A stretch of 64,000 nucleotides of DNA from Octopus vulgaris (lineage: Eukaryota), in assembly GCA_951406725.2 (NCBI GenBank), contig OX597815.1, positions 66,402,001 through 66,466,000 on the forward strand, given 5' to 3'. Position 1 is the first letter of the stretch; each line of letters begins with the position of its first letter. The notes beneath the pieces were generated by a model. That model did no database searches. It had not been told where the DNA came from and worked only from the letters and a program-made list of their open reading frames with translations. Positions 41,461 through 54,324 of the stretch are shown one piece after another. The translations under genes and the position numbers were made by a program.

Positions 41461-44400
41461 AAGAGAAAAATATAAAAATAATTTGTAATAAAATCAGATT
41501 TTCATAAAAACCAATATTTTGGAGATGTACATGTCTGGCAAATGATTTAATTTGAGACTGTCTTGAGACTAAAGCAATTAGTGTGGAAGACCCATATTAG
41601 ACAAAAGCACACAAAAACTGTTAACTTTATTTGGTCATTTATTACTTGGTGTCAAAATTTTTGTTGCCCCAACTGCGACCTAGTCACCAAAAGAGTTTCA
41701 GTGTCAAACAAAACTTTTCATACCAAATAATAAACAATTAAACTAAGTTAAGTTCTTGTATGTTTCCGAATAGACAAAATGTCTTCCATACTAAATATTT
41801 TAATATTATTTATAGACCTAATCAGCTGTGTTGGAATCTAGAACAATATTAGCTGATATAAAAGACTTTATTTAGTTTACCAATAAAATCTAACTGGATA
41901 TCACTTCCAAAAACCTGTGAAACAGTATGACTTTTAATTATTTTATAATTAAACATTCAATATCTAATTAGAATCACTGACCTGAAAATTCAAAATTATG
42001 GAAGAAAATTTTTTTACTTTGAAATTATTCATTTGAGTGAGGTAGAGAGGGGTCTTCATGATGGCAAAAGAGAAAGGTACTATTTTGGATAGTATTCTTC
42101 ATTAGAGGAATCAACTTAAACCATTGTTTTAGGGGTGTTTTTCAGTGTTCTAAAGAAATCTGATCCCTATTCAATTGTTGACACATGACTGCCACCATAA
42201 CAAGTGATGTAACTAAACCCTGTATAAAACATTCCAAATTATCCCTGGCATATATTTCACCATTCCCTAAATCTGCAGCTACTACAGATGCATCAAAATC
42301 ATGCCAAATAAAGAAAAAAAGAAATACAATTAAAAGAAACAGGGATAACTTCAACCTAATCTACATTTGTCAATGTTATAATGAGCAAGAATGCTAATTA
42401 CCCTTAGTTTAGAAATAAAATTTTCTCAGTTCTAATTCCATCGGATACTATGTACACACCCAGGAATATGATGTGTTGGCAATCAGTAGTGATCAAGCTG
42501 ATTGAAATATGATGTAGAGGTAAATCTTTATCACAAAAGATGAAGTAAATAGTTTGAACAACTGCATTACCATTATTATCAACAACTCCTCTCGTCCTCA
42601 TCAGTTTCAGTTTTTCAATGTCCACTTTCCCATGTTTACATGGGGCAGAGGGAGTTCATAAGCACAGATTTTCTGTGGCTAGACAGATGTCCTTTCTGTT
42701 GTCAACCTTCACCTGTTTCCAAGTAAGGTAATATTTCTTCGTGGCCAGACATGTTTTTGTAGAATATTGGAAATGAATGACACTACTTGAATGACAGTGA
42801 CACTCATTTACAATTATCATGTGATGTCAAGACATGGAGAGACAAACATACACACACACACATATACATACATAATACATAAACACCTTCCTCTATATCA
42901 TCATTACTTCAACATTTATTCTTCTAAGCTGCCATATTTCCAGTCATTTTTCCCCCCAGTATATGTGTGTATATTTTAATATTTCACTTATGCATAGCAA
43001 TAATAATAAGATTTTGTTAGAACTCAATATACTGATACTAAAGAGAAAACCATCAGGTGTGTACATAGCATATTTAACAAATGACAAAAGAACAGGAGTT
43101 ATGCAATCACATTCAACTTGGCTCTATGACAGTTTTAACCCACCCAAGGTATTATCAAGTGATTCTCAATATTATCTCATGTAGATTAAAATAACCACAT
43201 TGATAAGTCTCAGAAGAATATATCAGATTTACTCATGTTATAAGTCATAATCCTAATTTATTGCTAAATCTTAGTACAAACTTTTTCCCTTCATAGTCTT
43301 AGTTTTGTTCCGTGTATAAGTTGCACCCCAGTTTTTCAGTTAAAATCAAGTATACAATAGTGCAATTTATACACAAGTAAATAAGGCATATAGGGATAAA
43401 AATTTTTGATTGTGAGTAGAATAGTATATTAGTAGTTGTAATAATAAGCTTAGTTAGAAGGAATGAAGAAATTCTTTAGTTTATTTATAAACTGGTACAA
43501 AAAGTCTTCAAATTTTATAAGGAAATGAAATTAAGTAAAATATGTCATTATAATTATGAATTTGCCTTGAGGTACAAGCATTTTCAGGTACTAGGCAAAT
43601 TCTTATATGTAATAGCATAAATATATTTTATTTTATTTCACTTCATTTAATTTCTTATAAAATTTGAAGACTTTCTGCTCTTGCGTATAAAGGTACAATT
43701 CCTTCGTTTCTTCTGACTAACCTCATTATTATTACTAAGATATTGGACTATTTACAAACTCATTCCTCTGGTCTCAGTTAATACTCATCATTTCTGATTC
43801 AGTGAGATATGGAAGACAATTATTAAAAAAAAAAGCCTACAGACATGTAATGCGCTCAAAGAACTCAGTATTAAATACAGACACTTTTCCAATTTCATTA
43901 ACAAGTTGGAGAGAGAGTTTCATGTTTTGTGGTTTCCACTTCACAGAAGATCTTTCATGATATAGCAACACCATTTACCTACTGAAGCAGGTGAACAGTA
44001 TCTGAAAATCTTAAACCTTAGTTGGTCTCTGACCCTTACTACTGCATCAGTAAATGTACTTCAATTAGAGTATTTATGTCTACAATCAGAACTGCTCAAA
44101 TAAACCAGAAAACTCTTTAATAGACAATAAAAACTACTAAATCATTAAATATGTTAACACTAATCCCATGCAGATGGCATCTAAAAGTAACTTATACTTT
44201 GACAATTTCTATTTTGCAACACCAAATGCACAATATTTTACATCTTAGTGATTCTCTCATCACTATTTTAACAACTACAGTGATGTCTATATTTCACTGA
44301 GAAACTGCACATTATTTCACATCAACTTAATGATTCTCTCATTGCTACTTCAATAACTAGGTCTAAAAAGACCCAAACATGTCAAGAATTGTTCCCCCAA

Positions 44401-44600
44401 CCTGCCAAAAGAATCAAAGTATTATCAGTTATTGGCCAATACCTATTTGATTTTTTTTTTCCTTAGCAAATTTGTTCTAGTTAGGCTTTGGCACTTGTTG
44501 CATTAAATATAACACTAACTTAATAATTAATATTGTTCTATTACAAATGATGGAAAGTGCCTGACATGACTAATGTATAAAAATATATATATATATATAT

Positions 44601-45800
44601 GGTTAGCAAGAAAGTAATTTTGGTTTTTTAGAGTGAAATAAAAGTTGTTTTTTTTTTCATACAAAGAATGAACTTTAATCAATTATATATTTTTCATTTT
44701 GTTCGATGACCTGCCATCTGTCTGGCAACTTCATGATTCTGCGCTCATAGAACTTCTGGGCCTTATCAGCCAAAAACTGAAGCAAGTGCGATTTCAGGTC
44801 ATCATCATTATTGAAAGTTTTATCATTCAAAGAATTTTTGCTAACTTCAAAGTAAATCTGATGGTGCAAGGTCAGGGCTATATGGTGGAGGTGACATCAC
44901 TTCCCAACTAAGCTCCAATAATTTTTCACGAGTTAGCAAAGACGTGTGTGGTCTAGCATTGTCATGGTGGGACATGATTTCTTTATGATTAGCTAATTCT
45001 GGCCATTTTTCTTTGATTGGAACCAGCTCAAAATACACAACACTTTTGTAATCCCACTAAATTGACAGCAGGACCTTTTTTTGAAGGAATTCAGCTTTTG
45101 ATGTGGTTTGTGCAGGATCACTACCCTTGGACCATGGCCATTTTCAATTGATGTTATTGTAGACAATCAATTTTTCATCACCAATGATGATTTATTTAAA
45201 AAAAAAAAAAAAAAGGTCCATTTCATTGCATTTGAGATGCATATCACAAATATTGATTGGTTGTGTTAAGTGAATCTCTTTCAATTTAAGTGGAATCCAA
45301 ATATCAAGCTTCTTAATGAGTCCAAGACACAAGTGATTTTCAGTTGTTGTGTGTGATACATTTAACCTCTCTGCAATCTCTTGCACAGTTGTATGACAAG
45401 AAGATTCAATTATAGCTTTGATTCAGTCATCATCAACTTCAGTCGATTGACCATATGTTGGTCATCTTTGAGTGAAAAATCACCAGAACGGAATTTTTAA
45501 AACTATTTCTGATATGTACATTCTCTTAAGCAATCAACACTGTAAACTTCACGTTCTTGCCTTTACAGAAATAAAAAAGCAAAATATAGTGAAATGTTCG
45601 TTTTTATACACTCCATGTTAAAATTGACACTAAATGAACAGCTGTAAACGAAATTATGTGCAAGTTGCTTTTAAGTAAGCTAATAGTAACAGCTATCAAA
45701 TGTCATAAGGAAAAAAAATCATAAGTCTGACAAAAGTCAATCAAAAGAATCATAACTATATCTATTTGCGAAAAACGAAATTACTTTCTTGCCAACTCAA
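44601..45800 (-). mobile_element. Near full-length degenerate mariner
   Basis: TIRs ggttagcaagaaagtaattt / aaattactttcttgccaact. MQEIAERLNVSHTT..KKLDIWIP, HHDNARPHT, PYSPDLAPSD and FYERRIMKLPDRW motifs. Confidence 0.92.
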
Positions 45801-46029
45801 CACAATATATATATGTATACATATATAAAAAACTCCATTATCCATCAACACATATAAAACCTCCAAGGGTTCCCACACCCACCGAAGATATTATACTCAG
45901 GTTACATAAATATGAATTCAATATTTACTTAATATTACTGAGTATTAATTGAAACAGCTAGAAGTGAAGATGATTAATTTGCTGTTAAGAAAAAACAATT
46001 ATTAACTTCCCAATCTCCATTTTCTTTTA

Positions 46030-46364
46030 TTTCCTCTGAGATATATGCATGTGTATATATATATGTAATGTATGTATATGTGTGTGTATATATGTATACA
46101 CACACACATACATACATATATATATATATATATACACACACATACATATATGTGTATGGGTCTAGCATTTGCCATGATAGATTGTTAGCCACTACACATT
46201 CTTTATTTTCTCTCCTTGTTTCTTTCTGTGTTCCTTTGTGTGGAAAAGCATAAGCTCGAAATGTTAAAAACATTCTCCCTTCCCGAGCATTAAACTAATA
46301 CATCTGTTTGTTGTCTACACCATCTGTCTTCGTCTTTTGTTTTTTTGCAAGTTCTCCCCTATGT

Positions 46365-46427
<63 letters not shown>

Positions 46428-46712
46428 AACACATATATATATATATACACATGTATATATATATATATATATATAGACACATATATATAGACACATATAT
46501 ATATACAGACATGTATAAATATATACATATATACACACACACACATATATATATACATGTATATACACACACATATATATATACATGTATATACACACAT
46601 ATATATATGCCTGTATATCTATTTATATACATATATATACAAATGTATATATATTTATATACATATAAATACATATGTATATATTTATATACATATATAT
46701 ATACACACATGT

Positions 46713-46758
<46 letters not shown>

Positions 46759-46825
46759 ATATATATATATATATATGTGTGTGTATATACATATATATAT
46801 ATATATACATGTGTGTGTGTGTGTG
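46030..46825. repeat. Compound TA/CA microsatellite with an embedded ~200-bp repeat island (46155-46350)
   Basis: Direct reading. Confidence 0.9.
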
Positions 46826-47345
46826 TCTAATATATAAAATAGAGATGTATTTGCTTTTCACATGAAAACAGCTTCACCAATTACTTCCACAAGATAAAAC
46901 TAATGTAACTCCTCCCATAGATTTATTGTTGCCTCTGATGTCCTGAAAGATCTTACCAAGAGCTTCCACTGCACCTCTGTGTGACATGGTACATTCATCC
47001 CAAATGATAAGGTGGCATTGGCACAACACTTCTGCTGAACCTGAATCTTTGCTAATGGTACAAATTGGACTTCCATTTGTGACCAGGTTTAGTGGTAATT
47101 TAAAAGCAGAATGAGCTGTTCATCTTCCTGGGAGAATGGTGGCAGCAAAGCCTGACAATGGTACAGCAACTGCAATTCTTTTTTGTTACATTACTTTGGA
47201 GAGAAGCAATGTTATAAATGTTTTACCTATACCACCAGGAGCATCAGGAAAGAAAATTCCTCTGCTTTTTTCTGGCGATTGTGGAACACCACACACAGAC
47301 ACACATACACACACACATACAGTAAGAAACATCAGATGAAATAGA

Positions 47346-47381
<36 letters not shown>

Positions 47382-48003
47382 TGAGTGGTGGGGTGCATTA
47401 TCATGTATACGTACATACATAAATAGGCGTACATCTTTCTTTTATGTATGTGTACCTGTGTGTAAGAAGGAGAAAGAGAGCCACTTAAAACATCTCTTTC
47501 TCACACACACACACACACACAGAAAAAAGATGTATGCATATATATTTATGTATGTATGTATACATGACAACATACCCCTCCCTTCACTCACACACACATA
47601 CATAAATGTATACAAATGTACATACAAAAACACATGGGTGCATGTGTGACTGACTACAAATAAAGAGCTGAACATGGCATGCAAAAATAAAATTAATAAA
47701 AATTTTGTACATGAATTAATGAAATGAACCTGGAGAGAGAGAGGGGGGACAGAGAGAGAAAGAGCGAGTATTGCAAACAATGAACAAGATGTCATGGAAT
47801 GAAAGTAAGTTGTCATTGGGACACCTTCTGGAGGAAGTGAATCAAATATAAAGCAATATTTATTTATTTTTGATTAAAAAATCGAATGAAGACCCTAAAT
47901 GTCCGAGGTCGAATTATTCATGCATCACAAATATGGAAATAATTGGTAAGGCTGTTTTCACATGAAAAGCAAATACCCACACATCCCTCTTTTATATATT
48001 AGA
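46826..48003 (-). mobile_element. Helitron remnant with PIF1-type helicase fragment (46890-47285)
   Basis: Minus strand: IFFPDAPGGIGKTF (Walker A), AVAVPLSGFAATILPGR*TAHSAFKLPL, LIIWDECTMSH, QDIRGNNKSMGGVTLVL. 5' end TCtaatatataaaa at 48003. Confidence 0.85.
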
Positions 48004-48004
48004 C

Positions 48005-48037
<33 letters not shown>

Positions 48038-49009
48038 CATACATATATATACACACATATATATGGAGATATATACATATATATACATACTTACATATAT
48101 ATATACATACATATATACACATACATACATATACATATATATAGACATATACATATATATACATACATATATGTACGTACATATACATACATATATATAT
48201 ATATGCATACATATACATATATACATACATATATGTACGTACATATACATACATATATATATATGCATACATATATATACATACATATATATATACATAT
48301 GCATACATATATATACATATGCATACATATATATATATACATATGCATACATATATATACATATGCATACATATATATACATATATATATATAATTATTA
48401 AATTATAAATAAGGGTGAAAAATCATTAATTTAACACCAAGTGGCTTAGCACAAAAAACTACGGAGAAAATACAAATTTATACATAAATTATTAGAGAGT
48501 TATCCACTATATATATATATATGCATATATATATATATATATATACATTAGCATGGAAAGTGGATGCTAAACGATATACACATATATACATACATATATA
48601 TTTATATATATATATACATATATATATACATATATATACATATATATATAAATACATATTTATATATAAATACATATATATATATATATATATACACACA
48701 CATATATATAAATACATATATATACACACACATACATATATATACATATATATCTATACACATATATATTTATACACGTACATATATATATACATATACA
48801 TCTATACACATATATATTTATACACGTACATATATATATACATATACATCTATACACATATATACAATATATATTTATACATACACATATATATACATAT
48901 ATAGTCCAACCCATGCTAGCATGGAGAACGGACGCTAAATGATGATGATATATATATATATAAAGACATATATACATATATATTTATACATATACATATA
49001 TATATATAT
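48004..49009. repeat. Compound TA/CA microsatellite sea with short repeat islands
   Basis: Direct reading. Confidence 0.92.
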
Positions 49010-49422
49010 AAATTAAATTAGAGATAAAACCACGATTAGGCAAATCAAACAGTGAAAAACATAAACCAAAACATAGAAATAAAAATAATTAATATAATAT
49101 ACAAAATATATAAAATACTTTTTATCTTATATTAAACTTTTTAATACTTTTTGATAGTTATATATATTTAATGAAAAAAAATTTTTTTAAATAAATAATA
49201 AAAATAATAAATATAGATAAAAATAAAAAAAATTTAAATATATATATATATAAATTTATAATTATAAATTAATAATTTCAAATTTTTAACTTTAAATTTA
49301 AATTTTGAATTTTATATTTTATATATTTTGTATATTATATTAATTATTTTCATTTCTATGTTTTGGTTTATGTTTTTCACTGTTTGATTTGCCTAATAGT
49401 AGCTTTATCTCTAATTTAATTT
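49010..49422. repeat. AT-rich inverted repeat, ~107-bp arms around a ~200-bp spacer
   Basis: aattaaattagagataaa...aggcaaatcaaacagtgaaaaacataaaccaaaacatagaaat...atatacaaaatatataaaata (49010-49117) is the reverse complement of 49315-49422. Confidence 0.9.
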
Positions 49423-49510
49423 ATATTTATACTGTAAAATTAGATTTAATCCTAAATCTAATTTTTACCTGTAAGTTTGAATTTACTCCCTAATATCATT
49501 ATTATATATA

Positions 49511-49541
<31 letters not shown>

Positions 49542-49790
49542 CATATATATCTATACACATATATACATATATATTTACACATATATATATTTATACATAT
49601 ACACATATATATATTTATACATATACATATATATATTTATACATACATATTTATACATATACATACATATATTTATACATATACATATAAATATATATAT
49701 AATATGACAACAAAAGAATGAATGAGACCTCAATATTATGTAAAACAGAGGAATTTCTCAATAAATATAATAAGTGACAATTAGTTGATA

Positions 49791-49861
49791 GTCATAATAA
49801 AACTCAGAGTTTGGGATGCCAGAGCTGAAGTCTACTCCAGCACCTCATCAGTTATTAAGAT
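49791..49861 (-). ncRNA. Type I hammerhead ribozyme motif in the 3' pLTR (G12 mutated)
   Basis: atcttaataa-CTGATGA-ggtgctggag..ctctggcatcc-(c)AAA-ctc t gag-TT-ttattatgac. Stems I, II and III are all pairable. Confidence 0.7.
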
Positions 49862-52438
49862 AACCGCTATGAAAAAAAACCATTGAATAAAGGGAAACTA
49901 CTCCAATAGGCATGGGGAAAGTAATAGTTTGTTCATAGAATCCGCATATACACACATATACACGTATGCACACACTCACACACATGTATATATATATATA
50001 TATATCTATATACATACTCACACATGCATGTACATATAAATACAAACACACATAAATACATATATGTCTACACATACATGCACATACACACACATATATA
50101 CCCATGCACGCATCACTACACTCATACAGATCTCTCTCTACACACAGACACATACATACACAGATATACAAAACGTAGTTTATACGCACATGCATACATA
50201 CGCAGAAAGACGTATACACAAATAAAAACACATACGCAAAAACGCATGCATCATTATGTTCATATACACATCTCTATACACACATACACACGTGGATATA
50301 CAAAACATAGTGTATACGCACATGCACATACAGACTCGCACCTGTAGACGTATATACAAACAAAAACACATACGCAAAAAACATAAAACGTAAAATATTC
50401 ACATTTCCCGCAAAACTTGAATATACAAATGAGTTATATATGTATATACACAAATACACCCTCCTGTCTCTCAAACACATCTACACCTGTAGATATATAA
50501 ACGTATATACATACACATATGTATGAAGGAAGGAGACAAGTACAACAGGTAAAGTCTTGCACTCGCATGTATACAGTCATTCGTACATATGTATATATGC
50601 ATGCACATACACATTAGGTATATACTACACATGTATAAGTTACACAATCATAAAAGGTGAAAAATAATATACAGAAAAAATATATAACATGTTAAGACAT
50701 ATGAAAGGCTTGTACGTGGACATAATATAAAAAGCAGGTTCTGTCTATGATCTTGTTGGGGAGGGGGTCCCAAAATGTAGCAAATATTTTGCCATATGTG
50801 AACATGACCCAAAAAGTTCAATTCTTGAATTTAGACATATCACGGGATCTAAAGAACTTTACAAGATGAGCCATCTTTCCATATCGCAAATACCACACTT
50901 TCCACTGCCGTTGGTGTAAGGCTTACACTTGGCCAAGACCATCCAGTGAACCTTATAGCTGACACCTTTTTCTTTTAAGGACCATATATAAGTGGATAAT
51001 TTGGTTGTTTCCCTTTTATCCTAGTGCCTGAAGCTTAAGGTGTGCTTGTTGAACCTGGCTTTAAAATTTTCCTCTGTGAGACCCACATATTTCTTTGACA
51101 AAACTATGTCCTTAGTGGTTGTAGAGTCTACAGTGGCTTCATAGATGATGGCCTCAGTCATATAAGCGCCATTTAGCAGGCACAAATTTTTAACTCTGTA
51201 GGAACAGTTGGCTTCATTTTGTTGTTTTTGTGTGCAATTATATTTTTAAGGTTAGTAGTAGAACTAAAACTAATTTTTAGGTTGTGCCTATAAAAGAGCT
51301 TTCTATAATTATAATTGATTGGAAAATGCCTTATCTATAAGTGATAAGAAATATCTACCTATATTAAAGGTCACTTCAGGGGAGTACGGTGATGTGAACC
51401 AGATAATTTTCCTTTTCTTTGTTACTGGACTATTAACAGATGTATAGGTCATTTCCTCACTAAAACCATTGTCTTTTAGCGCTTTATTATATATTGGGAC
51501 AACACTATTAAAAATGTTTATATCGAAGAAGAGGCTAGAAATTCTCTTGCTAATGTTTTTAACTAAATTTTTAAATACTATGGGCAGGAACCTACATTAA
51601 TATAGCTAAATCTATCGTTGGGCTTTCTATAGAGTTTGTAAATATTCTTATTTATATCTAAAGATACATCTAGGAAATTGACAATCATCAGGTAGGTATC
51701 TTTTGTTATGCTAAGATCGAATGTTTTCATTTGGATAATGTCCTCCCTAAACCAATCTTGCACTGGTCCATTGGTGTTTGTGGTTAAAGCTAGAGCATCA
51801 TCTTTGTAAATGGCAAAATATATACCAGGAAAAGTTTTACCCAATGCATAGAGTAGGAATAGTTCAATGAGATCGCATATGCCTGCTCCATCATATGATC
51901 CCATACTCACATCAAAGATACTCTCTGTATCAGTTGTCTTAACCCACTCTGCGTTCTCACCGAAGAGTAAAGTCTTTCTAGCATGGAAGATTATGTCCTT
52001 ATCTTGTGTATTAATTTCTATAAATTCGCTAGCAAAGGTGGGGGATTTAGCAAGTGGTTCCTTAGAGATAGAAACATAGAAATCTACAATATCAAATTGT
52101 GCAAATCTCGCTTTATTTTATTCCTAATGGTTTTAAACTTGTCAACGACTTCTATACAATTAAACCATTGTACTAACCTAGTAGCATTTCTGACTTTAGC
52201 ATTGATTTTTCCTAAAATTTCTTTACTAATAATACCAACTTCTGATTTTGCAGGGTTAATAAGTCTGCCATTTATGATTAGATAGGGAGCTCTTTGTATG
52301 GTCTTTAATGGTTTAAAGGTCTCTTTTTTTAGGGGGACCTCTATCTTTTTTTATCTAATTTAAGCCTAGCAGCGATGTGAATGTTTTATGGTTTACATTT
52401 TTTGCATATGTGCTTTTAATTGTAAATACGCTATCTGT

Positions 52439-52469
<31 letters not shown>

Positions 52470-52788
52470 CGCATGTGCGTATAGACCACGTTTTGTATAT
52501 CCGCGTATGTGTCTGTGCGTGTAAACGTGTATATGAGCGTACTGATGCATGCATGGGTATATATGCATGTATGCATAGACATATATATGTATTTATGTGT
52601 GTTTGTATGTGTACACACGTGTGAGTGTGTGTGTATATATATATATATATACACATATGTTGTGTGTGTGTGTGTGGGTGTGTACATGTATGTGTGTGCA
52701 TATGCCAATTCTATGAACGAAATATTACTTTCCCCCAAGCCTATTGAAGTAATTTCCCTTTTTTCAACACGTTTTTTTCATAGCATTT

Positions 52789-52859
52789 GTCTTAATAACT
52801 AATGAGATGCCGAAGCAGACTTCAGCCCCAGCAGCCCAAACTCTGAGTTTTATTATGAC
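52789..52859 (+). ncRNA. Degenerate hammerhead motif in the inverted pLTR copy
   Basis: gtcttaataa-CTAATGA-gatgccgaag..gcagcc-(c)AAA-ctctgag-TT-ttattatgac. Confidence 0.6.
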
Positions 52860-52879
52860 AACCAACTAATTGTCACATA

Positions 52880-52887
52880 TAGTGTGT

Positions 52888-52930
<43 letters not shown>

Positions 52931-53087
52931 TACATATATATATACATATATACATAGCTACATATATATACATTTACATACACATGTATACACACACACA
53001 TATATATATATATATATACACATATATATACATGTATACATATATACATACATACATATATATTTACACATATTTACATATATATAT

Positions 53088-53127
<40 letters not shown>

Positions 53128-53310
53128 CATACATACATGTATACATATATATACATACATACAAACATATACACACACACACATATATATATATTACACA
53201 TATGTGTGTGTGTACACACATATATCTATGTATATACTTATAGCTATATCTATATGTGTATATACATACATTTATATCTATATGTGCATATAAGCACACA
53301 CACATATATA
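52880..53310. repeat. Compound TA/CA microsatellite
   Basis: Direct reading. Confidence 0.95.
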
Positions 53311-54324
53311 TGGACGGCACTAATGTTCACCAGAAACAGCTACAATCTATTTACCTTTCTACACATGCACTTGAAACTACACTGCCAGACCAAGTATACT
53401 CTTACCCCATCTCTGTAATATTGAACTGTTGAACATAGTCCTTTACGATTAAACGTTCTTGTAAAGGTGGGGCCTGGGGGGTGAGGTATTTATTAAAATG
53501 TAATGGTATTTGTTAATCGTTCTTCCATATTTTTGGCTGCAATTTATTTCCTTTGTTCTTGTACAGTGATAAATTCAAAATCCATTCAGGTGAGAGAGGT
53601 TGATCCAAACAGAAGTCATAAAATATGTCACATATTGTTGTCCGCTATGTAATATGATTGTAGACTAGTCCAAATTAACATGACCTACTACCCCCTCGCC
53701 ATCCAAATTATAAGACAAAGGGACAGTCTAAAAGGAACAGAACAATGTTTTGTGTTATTTTTTGGTTTTTTGTTTTTTAAATCCTGGCACAAACCAATCT
53801 ATTTTAAAGCAAGCTGGACTAATTAATCTAATTTAAAGCTATGCAGAATAGAATTAAAAATGAAGATTTCTTTGTAAATAGTTAATTAAAATGTAAAATG
53901 TCCAGTGGAGTGAGGCTGTTTATTTTTTTTTAATGGAATTGTACTAAATGGTATGATGGGGCAAGTATAAATCCAGAAGTGATGTGATTGGATAAATGTA
54001 TGTGTCCAGAAATTATGTATCATTAAAATATTGCTTCCTATGCCATTTAGAAGAAAATTAAATGAGATTGTGTGATGTTCATGCCATTCTCATAGGTTCT
54101 TAATGAAACAGCCTTATACAAAGGATGTAAAGAATATCATCAGAAGTGATATTAAATGAAAATATTTCTCCAAAAATGATATCATGGTAAAATGCTTCTT
54201 TTTTTTTTTTAGGAATAACAAATCCTAATTATTTGTTAATATTATCAAATGATAAATATTTCTCATCAATAAAATTTAAAATTTAAAGCTTTTTTTGTCT
54301 CTCAAACTTCTTTTCATGATGAGT

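Larger units (their letters stand above)
49774..52876 (-). mobile_element. Penelope-like element (Naiad-type signature): decayed RT plus GIY-YIG ORF (~52370-50740) with inverted pseudo-LTRs
   Basis: TIKDH, RLINPAKSEVGIISK, MGSYDGAGICDLI, YKDD, VNFLDVSLD, RKIIWFTSPYS, CSYR..CLLNG..IIYEATV, YVGLTEENFKARFNKH..SF, LSTYIWSLK, CGIC, LNSRIELFGSCSH. 49774-50405 and 52370-52876 are inverted copies of each other. Confidence 0.9.

Noticed and set aside
42142-42354. 70-aa ORF with signal-peptide-like start
   Set aside because: The hydrophobic stretch derives from T-rich sequence, the start is non-ATG, and no family similarity is recognised.
50740-52370. Selenocysteine recoding in the Naiad-type ORF (described for some Naiads)
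   Set aside because: The endonuclease-region Cys positions I read are TGT/TGC or decayed to Tyr; the stops seen there are TAG/TAA, not TGA.
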